A DNA stretch of 58,509 nucleotides, the filler included, from Sphacelaria rigidula (Eukaryota), in assembly GCA_964200075.2 (NCBI GenBank). It is 10 parts of 10 records of this genome, joined end to end, with 100 filler letters (N's around TTAATTAATTAA, not from the genome) between each part and the next. Parts side by side here need not be neighbours in the genome. Positions count along the whole stretch, not along the records: positions 46,890 to 52,649 come from CAXNAA020024656.1; positions 52,750 to 58,509 come from CAXNAA020024657.1; 8 more parts are not named here. One strand, 5' to 3'. A program made the position numbers and the translations under genes. Below, in pieces: positions 49,225-58,509 of the stretch (positions are counted from its first letter, which is position 1; each line of letters starts with the position of its first letter). Under the pieces are notes generated by a model, which did no database searches, was not told where the DNA came from, and saw nothing but the letters and a program-made list of their open reading frames with translations.

Positions 49225-50185
49225 TTAATCCTTAGACAGCGACACCCCCGCAGGTGGACTGAGGTGGACTATGCCACTTTTGGGGTTCAGAACTGCTCTT
49301 TTCTCGCTACACAGAACGCGTTGTTCATGAACTTGTGGATATTTGCCATCTGCTGTGTATAGAAAATAGTCCCAGAGAACCCCTCACCAGTTTTGATCCT
49401 GCAGTCAATTGCGTGCAGAGTCGGGATGTATGTGTGCTGTGTGCTTCCACTGGATACAACGCGAGATACAGGATAATATAAGTGTGCCATCGCTCTCCAC
49501 TGAACACAATTCACTGCATGCTGCTGATGCCTCTGCCAACACTACGGACAGTGTGAAGCAATACTCGCAGCACATGAGGGATCAGGCAGGCGGCGCAGAC
49601 CACGAGCAGAATACAAAACAAGTTATTTGTACCCATAAAATCTACAGTTGATTTCCGATGACCAAAATGAGTCGTAGGGGTAGACAGCGAAGTAGTCCAA
49701 CTTAGTCCACCCGAACCGGTAAAACGTACTCATTTTGACGACCGTGATTGGTCAGAATGGGCATCCCGCGCCTCTCGGGCCTCGTGCACGGCTCATAGTT
49801 TCCCGCGGGAAACTTCTGAACACACATGGTCGACTTGGTGGGCTTTTCGGCTCCTCTGCGTGCACTCCCCCCCCCCCGATCGTCTCCGGACTGTCACCCT
49901 GTGAAACTGTTCCGAGGCGACGCTCGCTATCTAAGAGTTAACGTTCGTGCTTTTGAGGGATCGTACTTTCCACTTGTCGAACAGTTGGAACGGTTTCTGG
50001 CCCCCAGATAGGAAAAAATCACAATCACACATGTTGGACACGTTTCATGGCCCCAGCGAGTGGAGTCTAGCTCCACGCCATAGTGTCTTTCGCCAAATTG
50101 AGCGAATATTTAGCAGCTTGGCGAGAGTGAGGTGTATAATCTGCTGTGTCTACTATTTTGCCTGTGACAACATGGTGTGCTGAAC

Positions 50186-50488
50186 GCTTTCATACGCCGG
50201 ACGAGTCATGACTCGTCGAGACGAGTGCACTCGTGGATGTTTTTAGAAAACACAACGAGCATGACTCGTGCGCTCGAGTCATTACTTTTTCTTACAACGA
50301 GCAATGGCTCGTGTGCTCAAGCCATCACTTTATTCAACAACGAGCGATGACTCGAGTGCTCGCCTTATTCATTTTTTGCACAAAGAGCAATGGCTCGAGT
50401 GCTCGACCTATAAAATTTTCGGCCAACGAGCAGCCCAACGAGTGCGAGTGCCACGAGTCACACTCGTGCTCGTCCGACGTATGAAAGC
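50186..50488. mobile_element. MITE family C, full copy, rich in CTCG/CGAG sub-repeats
   Basis: TIR GCTTTCATACG(C/T)CGGACGAG; internal repeats of ACGAGCAATGGCTCG.GTGCTCG. Confidence 0.85.
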
Positions 50489-50852
50489 TTTACATCCATG
50501 TCCTACTTGCGGATATTAGAGGCTTCAGTGGTGAGCTACTGCATAAGGTCTGGAGGGGCCTTTCAGCGTTGAAGCTGTTGCAGGCACTAATTCACCACTT
50601 CTGGATATCTGGAGTTCTGCTGTACATCTCTGCTCATCAACGGAGCCCTCAGCTCCCCACATTTCTGTTGCGCTCTTGGTAACAAATGAGACCCCACCCT
50701 TGTCCATACTGGTTGACATTGTTTCCACATCCAACTTCAAGCGCACGGCGAGTGTGTTAGATAATCTGACACACCTTTTAGCCCCTGTTTTTCGTGGAAA
50801 CAAACGACCCCCGCCTCCTCCACCCCTCGGAAGGATCACTGTCGAGCGAACC

Positions 50853-50981
50853 CTACTGCTGAGAACCAAAAATGGTGGAATTCCTCTTGTTTCTGAATGG
50901 ATACTTGGAGTGCTCGATTCGCCGATTGACGTACGGCACATCAACTATTCCGCTTCGGAATCCAAGCATTGGGGACAAGGC
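50853..50981 (-). CDS. Candidate terminal exon of the same unidentified gene
   Basis: T-rich tract with TAG acceptor; phase-0 continuation ALSPMLGFRSGIVDVPYVNRRIEHSKYPFRNKRNSTIFGSQQ*. Confidence 0.45.
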   Translation of the reverse strand, partial: ALSPMLGFRSGIVDVPYVNRRIEHSKYPFRNKRNSTIFGSQQ

Positions 50982-51602
50982 CTACGTCAAGATATGAAAC
51001 CCAAGTGGAACACACGGAAACGGACAAACATGAACACTCCGCTGGAAAAGAGAACTAGGGCAGAGAGAGGTAGCATAAGATAAAACAAGTTAGTCGAGGG
51101 GATGACAAAATAGATGCCACACGCACCCTTCTGTGAGCCAAAAGGTCCAACTGACACCATTTCAACGTGAAAAAAGAAAAAAAAAGGATTCCCGCTAGAT
51201 GCGTTTTTTCTCTTCTCCCAGAGTGTCTGGTTTCCGCCGTTGAAAACACGCGGACGTGAGTAGGAGCAACAGAGAGAGTTTAACCGATAGTGTTTGACGA
51301 CAATTGACGCGGTGCGGGAGCAGTGCTGATCCACTCCGCGAGATAAACATGCAAGATGTGCACCGAACCGGGGGAGACATGGGTTGGTTGACCCCTTCAA
51401 CCACGGATTTGCCCGAGGAAGGGGGAAGGGAGTTAAAAAAAGAGTGAAGAATATATATATATATATATATATATATCTGATGTGAACACCAGGCTAAAAG
51501 CTAGTGCAGACACAAATGGTCATTCTCCAGCCTCATCATGACGCACTGATATTGTGTGAGACCACCGTGTAGGCATGGTCGTCCTTCAAACCCTCGACTT
51601 AC

Positions 51603-51722
51603 CGTGAGCTCCGCCCCGTTCTCCATCAGAACGGTTCTCAGCGCGTTCATCGACCACTGCTCAAGGTTGTGCCCTCGCAGATGCTTCGGCACTCGGCGAA
51701 ATCGCAGCGACATCGGGTACGT
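51603..51722 (-). CDS. Internal exon of an unidentified gene
   Basis: Pyrimidine-rich tract with CAG acceptor and GTAAGT donor; 120 bp open (TYPMSLRFRRVPKHLRGHNLEQWSMNALRTVLMENGAELT). Confidence 0.6.
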
Positions 51723-53191
51723 CTGGACAACAACAACAAGAGCAGCAGCAGCAACGGAAACATATATCGATAGATATTTTTAATGTTATCGATAGCATAG
51801 ATATTAATAATGCTATTTATATCGTCTTTCACTTGCCCAAAAAATAAAATTCAACCAACCATCCAACCCATCCTTTCAATCCCAACCAATTGATTAATTA
51901 ATTACTATATATATGTTTCACTTGTTCAAAAAAAAAATTCAACCAACCATCCAACCCATCGATTCAATCCCCACTAAGTCGTTAAATGATATGTATCATA
52001 CCTCTTTCATTACACTTACCGATATAATCATCGAAATATACAGTCAGTGATCGATCTAATTGATGTTTACTACTGATTATTATCGATGTTATTGATGGAA
52101 TGGATATGATGAATATTGTCGATGATATTTTCATCATCGCCGTCATCGACATCATTTTCGCACATCAGCCCGATCTTCCCAACCCGTCGTCACGGGCATA
52201 GGCTCGCCTTTCCAATACCGTTCTTTACTATTCCTTACGCGGTATAGATAAAAGCACTCATTGAGCGGTTTCTTCTGATGAATAAAAAAAATATAATAAT
52301 AAAAAACAGACGTACAATGGCACCACCAGCACTAGCATCAGCGCCACTGCCAACAACACCAACCGCAGCACCAAAAGTTTGATCAACACCATACGTGAAA
52401 CAAACATGGTGGGTGAATCTGTGTGTGTGCAGTCATCCAAGGGCAGGTCGGGCATGGTATACCCTTTTGAAAAATCACGCTTCTAGTACCCAAACATTTG
52501 GGTAAAGTATTGGGATACTCAATCTGCCCAAATTTTGGGGGGAGTATTCTAAATCGCACACAATACACCAAGGGTCGAACACATCAACGATTCGTCTGGA
52601 TATTCCTTGGTTTCAGTGTAATTGATTCGAATCGTACGAATCAATCTCTNNNNNNNNNNNNNNNNNNNNNNNNNNNNNNNNNNNNNNNNNNNNTTAATTA
52701 ATTAANNNNNNNNNNNNNNNNNNNNNNNNNNNNNNNNNNNNNNNNNNNNCTTTGTAGGGATGCGAGGTCAATGGTCTTGTGACTATGGCAAGCATGATCA
52801 TGAGTACACCCCCCTTCGTATTCGCCAGCATACGCCATGAACAATACACGGCTCCTAACGCTGAGCTTGAAAATGATGGGACTGACTCCACACACACAAA
52901 AAGGAAAATACCAACGATAAATCGTCGAAACGCTGTAGGGCCTTCTTCACACCGCAGTGCACGACCACCCGGTCAAAACCCCGCCGATCAGCCGCTGCGT
53001 ACTCCCTCCGTCATTTCCGTAGCTGCTTGACCATGCTATCTCCTATCTCGCCGGCCACGGTTTCGCTCTGTGCAACTCATCTCGCTGTCTTTAAGGCCTA
53101 CTCTAATTCCCCCGTGTCACGGCCGCGTGTCCTCGTACCCCCTCCCTCCTTCTCCCATTTTTTGCGCGTTGGTGCTCTTCGGTGCTAAAAG

Positions 53192-53227
53192 GCGGAGCAC
53201 ATACATGCTGGCATCTCTAAACTTCAG
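53192..53227 (+). CDS. VPS13: VPS13-family micro-exon (AEHIHAGISKLQ)
   Basis: AAG|36 bp|GTATAG; splices in frame to give LQIDNQL. Confidence 0.6.
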
Positions 53228-53929
53228 GTATAGTGAGGGAGGGGATTGGCAGGGGAATTATGTGCGAGTTTTACCGAAACTGCACGAGCAGTGGTGTTGA
53301 CGATTTTCGTACGCGAGAGTGGGCAGCGGTAGGGATGAGTGGGCGGTCGGTTCGGCGCGCGCACGGGAGGGGGGGGGGGGGTTGGGTGCTCATTGACATG
53401 GATTGCGTGATGGTCGCGTCCCCAATGCAATGCCACGGCTTGAATGGCCACGAAAACACAAAACGGCCATCGTGCGGCGTGTTGTTATCGTCGCATGAAT
53501 GTGTTGGATTATGCGCCGGCTGCATGCCTAGTGCAGGGTGGGTGTTGTGGAGTCATAACTTCTTCTGTGAATCACATCGCTCATCCGTAGGGGGCGTTCC
53601 ACACATGCACACGTGACTGATCGTGTGGATGAGCTTACTCGAGACAGTCACCTACTTTTCCTTTTTCGACCAAACCGACCAAACGGAGAAGACGGATTTT
53701 TTATTGTGCCCAAGAAATATGTAGTGTTCGAATATATCGTCTTGGCAGCTGAATTCACAGCGGATCATGCGCCCACATGAGAGAATCAATCAGCTGCACA
53801 TGGAGAGGTATTTCCACCCCCACTTAGCCAGAAGGAGATGCAGTATAAACCCTCCTCCCCCACCCCCCTTCCCTCCCTTTCTAATCTCCTCTGCCCCACG
53901 TATCATGTATCATGGCGATGCCAATCCAG

Positions 53930-54049
53930 ATCGACAATCAGCTGGTGGTAACTCCGTACCCTGCCCTGCTGTACCCTATTCCCGAGGCGCTGATACCGCG
54001 GGCCAGCGCAACATCGGCGGTTCCTGGAACCGATCAAGATGATCCGCAG
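53930..54049 (+). CDS. VPS13: VPS13-family exon (IDNQLVVTPYPALLYP...)
   Basis: CAG|120 bp|GTACTT; matches the VPS13 C-terminal-region motif QIDNQL..T.(F/Y)P.LLYP. Confidence 0.8.
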
Positions 54050-54816
54050 GTACTTTTATGCCTCCTTACAATACACCGAACCCAATCTAACCCAATCGCA
54101 GCGCAGCGCATCGCTCCCGGTTGTGGTTCCAGTTACCGGGCAACCGAACGTAATGTTAGCGATACTCGAGGGTTTCGATGCTCGGCTGGCGGTTGATGCG
54201 TTTTTACCGTAGTAGCATCCGCCGATCGGCTTCGCGAAAGTGGCAGCCTTTGGATGTCAGTGTTGCCAAGAGAACCCTTGTGCCAGATGAGATCCCCCTT
54301 TTTTTTATTTCATGTAACCTCTTGAAAACAGTACGATGGATATCATATCCACTAAACGGATGAGTTTTGACTTATGAATACATGTCACGACGTGACTGAT
54401 TGGTTGATCGATTGATGGAATGATTGTCGCGCATGACCCTGGTCCCCGAGGCATACCGCCGTGGTCACAATATAGACGTACGTTGGGAACTGCTCCGCTA
54501 TATCCATGTTCGGGGAAGTCGTCTCTGTGTTTTGCTTGCATAAACTCGCAGCACGAATACCGGCAAGCTCGTCGATAGTTCAAATGTGAGCAAAAATGCA
54601 CTTCTCCACGTGCTGATATTTTCCTTGTTCAGTGGCCGTTATGTGAAAATTTAGCGAGGACGTTCGATTTGTCTGTGATCTTGTTTTAGTACGACGGTTG
54701 AAGATTGTGTATTGCAGCTCTTTTGTCCACCATGCCATTAGATATTAGAATAATGTTCACCCACACGAGAACAAGACCATTAATGCGGAGATACAGGCTT
54801 GCATTAGGGGTATGTG

Positions 54817-55051
54817 TTAGCGTTATGCGTAAGCGGCATGCGTTAGTATTGAGCGTTGGCGGTACGCGTGAGCGGTAAGCGTGAGCGGTAAGCGTGGGCG
54901 GTTAGAGTTAGAGTTAGCGTTAGCGGTAAGCGTTGGCGGTAAGCGTTAGCGGTAAGCGTTAGCGGTAAGCGTTAGCGGTAAGCGTTAGCGGTAAGCGTTA
55001 GCGGTAAGCGTTAGCGGTAAGCGTTAGCGGTAAGCGCTAGCAGTTTGCGTC
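54817..55051. repeat. 13-bp minisatellite (AGCGGTAAGCGTT)n with TTAGAG/TTAGCG variants
   Basis: About six near-perfect consecutive units at ~54948-55037, with degenerate flanks. Confidence 0.92.
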
Positions 55052-55370
55052 AGCGGTTTGCGTCAGCGGTGAGACTTTACACTGTACACGTACCACGACC
55101 TGCGTGCTGTAGTGAACATCGCTTCCCGCTTAATTTTTTTCTTCCACCAAGTCATGACCATTCGTGATGCTGTCACCAAGACTCTCCACGTCCTCCTCGT
55201 ACCCGCTTTTCAAAATGTCATTCCACGGCCAGCGCGGTCAACTTCGAGAAGTGTAGAGTATGTCTGTACTGTAGCGTGAGAGCACTCTCCAACGTTTTTC
55301 AGTCATACAACAGTATTTCCTCCCCTCCCCCCCCCTCTTCATCGTGTGACGAAAACAAACGAGAAAGCAG

Positions 55371-55529
55371 GCGTGTTTCGAGGCTGTTCTGAAACGCGAC
55401 CTGGGCTGTGCGTGGTCGCACGTGGTACGCTTAGCCTCTCTGCGACTTGCCCCCTTGGACGTGAACCTCGACGGGGCTTTGGTGGACGCCTTGTTGGAGC
55501 TGTCATCGCGTGCAATGGAGTACTTGGAG
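55371..55529 (+). CDS. VPS13: VPS13-family exon (...ASLRLAPLDVNLDGALVDALLEL...)
   Basis: CAG|159 bp|GTACGA, phase 0; resembles the segment that follows IDNQL in VPS13 proteins. Confidence 0.7.
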
Positions 55530-58509
55530 GTACGATGGTTGTTGGCGCAGTGGAGCAACCGGGGTGGAAGTGGTCAGTAGAGGTAGTCTGTATATTTCTC
55601 AGAAGTATTGAGTATTGCGTTTCAGTGTTTTGGTTGAAGGGGAAAGGACAAGGCGGGGGGCGGGGGGGGGGGTACTCATTTGTTGCTTGCCTTAGTCGTT
55701 TTACCATTGATCACGCATCCCTTTCGAGACGGAGCACCGTTTATACTCCTAATAACGACACCTCCAGCATTTCGGTGCTCATCACGTTTCTTCTATATGT
55801 TACACAAGAAAGTTTTACATATCTTATCCCTGTCCTGTTTCACCGTCTGTGGCCACCATCCATCTCCTAGTATAGCCATCGTTTTTCGCTACTGTCTAAT
55901 GCATCAAACGATTTCATCCCATCTTCGTTCACGTCCCGCATTTCCCCCTCCACCACATCCTGTTCCCCCTTGTATAGTTCACATTCTGCCACTACATGAG
56001 TTGTGCTCTCTATTGCTTTGCCACAGGGGCAATTCTGTTCATCTACTTCCTCCTCCTCTCGACCACTGGTACATCTCTTCTTTTTTTTTTCTGGCAGATC
56101 CAGGTCCCCACCCGAAATCGCAGTTTCAATTTTTTCGCCGCGCCCATTGCGCCATGCAAATATGTTTTCATAGGGGGGGGAGGGGGGGCGGAGCTTTGGT
56201 CAAGTTACGCACGTATTTTTTTATACAGCGAGTTTCAACATGTAGTGTTTGGGAGGTACAAGGTAAGTACAATGCTGGCACAATGGATAAGAACAAGGAG
56301 TGTGCAGTGCGTACAGTTCGTGTAGTGGTGAAAGCGATAGCACCCGTTTTCATGCATTATTCAATGACTTTCTTTTTTGAGGGGGGGAGAGGGGGGGGGA
56401 TATGTTTGTGTGATCCATGCATCACAGACCTCACTAAAATGAGGGTGACATTTATTCTCGGTCACTTTTTGCAAGTAGACACAAGTAGACACATGAAACA
56501 AAGTTCGCACGACGAGCACAGCGGAGAGGAATCCAAATCAGGTCTTGAAAATAAATTCATGGAACACTGGCCATTTTCGAAAAAAACAAAAAAAATGACC
56601 CGAAACGAAACAAAATTTCCTCGGAGCGACACCCAGTTCGGCTCCACTTATCAAGCGGACTTTTATGTTGATACCAAAGCAAGGCGCGGACGAGCTGTCG
56701 CGCGGGTACATACCTCTTGCTCTGCGGAGAAGCAGGTCTTGTGTGCGTAGTTTCTTTTCTAGCGGCTGGGGTATACTAAATCCAATATATTTTTGCTTGA
56801 AGAAAAAACTGGTGGGAGCTCCAGATTTTTTAGATGCGTTTTTCTCGGCCCACAGTGCTTTTCAAAAATGGTGCCGGGTACAAGTCCAAGTCGTCCGAAT
56901 CCGAGGAGGTTTTCGATATTCATCGGTTCAATATCGTCCATAAATCTCCACAGCATAAATCTCCACCGCTGAAGCGGGAAAATGATGTTTATCTCGCATT
57001 TCTCATTCAATTTCGGCCCAAACGTTTTCCTCTCCCACAAAAAGTTGCCCCTCGACGAGATGCGTTCGAATTTGGTGTTGAAAATGACAGAAGAACCCTT
57101 CCTCGAGCTCCAAATTTTTGCTCCAATATCTGCCCAAAACGCGATTATCTGAAAGCACGAGAGTGAAATTGAAAAAAACAAATCAATATATGCTTCGATC
57201 CGCCTGGAACACAGCTTTCTAACGATATATTTCGTGTCTTCTTCGAATAAGTACCGGGTTCGGAAAAAACTCCCTCCATGTCTGGATGTTGAATTTCACT
57301 GAAAAGTCCTGTTGCATGGACCATATGTGTTTACGTTTGGTTTGCTTGAATAATTCATGATTGCAAGACACGGAGTTCATACGTACCGGTCGTCGTGAAA
57401 TATTTAAAACTCAAATCAGCATTGTTTTCGTTGTTTTCCATTACTCTTGTACGGATTCTATTCCTGATTTTCGATGGATACACGTGCGCTACTCAAACCT
57501 TATCTGCCGCCGAGAGGTCTACATGGTTGCACTGTTTGGTTATTGTCTGGGCCTGGTCTGGGCTTCATTTCACTTATTTAGCTTGCTAAAGCCCGGGACA
57601 GTAGCTACCGTAGAACCGAAAAAAGGGATGTGCAGTCAGAATCGATAATATTTTTTCGTCAGCACCAAGTTATGAAGCAAGGGAAGCGTGCCACGTATAT
57701 ATACCTTCGAAAGGGAGCGGCGCTCCACAGTCCAGCACACGGGATCGCACACGCAAGAGAGGTATACACGGGATACATGATTGCGTTAAGAGCTGTCTCA
57801 TGTCCCGTGTGTAGAGTGCTTGGTTGTTTCTGCCGTTTTACCTCAACAACATTCTGTCGCGATATCGACCTTATCTGAATCGCAAGATTTGCCAGCGCTG
57901 GCCTGCCAGTCGGCATCGTGCTTTTCCATGTCTGTGCGACACCGATGAACGCGGGTTGTTCAGAACAACAGCACGATAGTCTACAAAGGGGAGCGTTGAT
58001 GCGGGTATAATCCTTTCATACGTACCTCTTGGCACTTGTCCGTGGTGCACGTTGGTTGGATGATTTAGGTGCAGATATACCGAGACGGTAGAGTGGTGAA
58101 GTGAAGACCATGTGACACGTACGTTTTACATGATTTTTTCCTTTGAAGGGAAGAGGAACCCTCACCCAACCCTTACTTCCCCGCGAACGGGTTCATGCGC
58201 CCATTACCCGAAGGCTCGGCTAGACCACTGTGTGCCGTTGATTTGGGGTAGGCGCATCGAGCACCCGGAAAGCTTTAACTCTGCTCAAGGCAGTGTCAGA
58301 GTTGAACCCACTGACCCCCCCCGTCAGCTTGGCGCAGTTCACGCGCCGCCCTACTCTTATGATCTTCATATGTACCTTTGTTATTTACCTCAGCACATTG
58401 CGTTCCCATGAAAGACTGAGTACCGCGGGGGGGGGGGGAGGGGGGGGGTTGGGGTGGGGCCAGGTCCGGCTAGATCACCATTGCCGCTAAGAGTCTGCCT
58501 TTTGAGAGC

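Noticed and set aside
5763..52749. TTAATTAATTAA recurring every ~5.86 kb
   Set aside because: Artificial linker between length-sorted contigs; neither the periodicity nor adjacency across linkers is biological.
55680..56750. 356-aa ORF
   Set aside because: Starts inside a family-D repeat, crosses homopolymer tracts and has no recognisable domain; probably intronic.
56680..58360. Further VPS13 exons (~56680-56735, ~58250-58360)
   Set aside because: Coding-like, but splice phases could not be reconciled and no diagnostic motif is present.

Overview
Eukaryotic, transposon-rich DNA, most consistent with a brown alga or related stramenopile (inferred from TTAGGG-type repeats, short GT-AG exons with long introns, and TE content). 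It is not one locus. Ten unrelated contigs (5762, 5762, five of 5761, three of 5760 bp) are sorted by length and joined by artificial 100-bp N44-TTAATTAATTAA-N44 linkers. Contents: four degraded pieces of related Ty3/Gypsy elements, a Copia LTR+gag fragment, another very decayed LTR element, many MITE/foldback families (PIF/Harbinger-, piggyBac- and CMC-like, plus unclassified), a tRNA-derived SINE-like head, and host exons (last two exons of NudC, three VPS13-family exons, unidentified exon pairs). Most interesting: (1) the Gypsy integrase ends in a chromodomain followed by a second PWWP/Tudor-like module, seen in two divergent copies; (2) a TIR-bounded element made of a ~42-bp repeat/unique-spacer array; (3) a MITE family carrying telomeric repeats.
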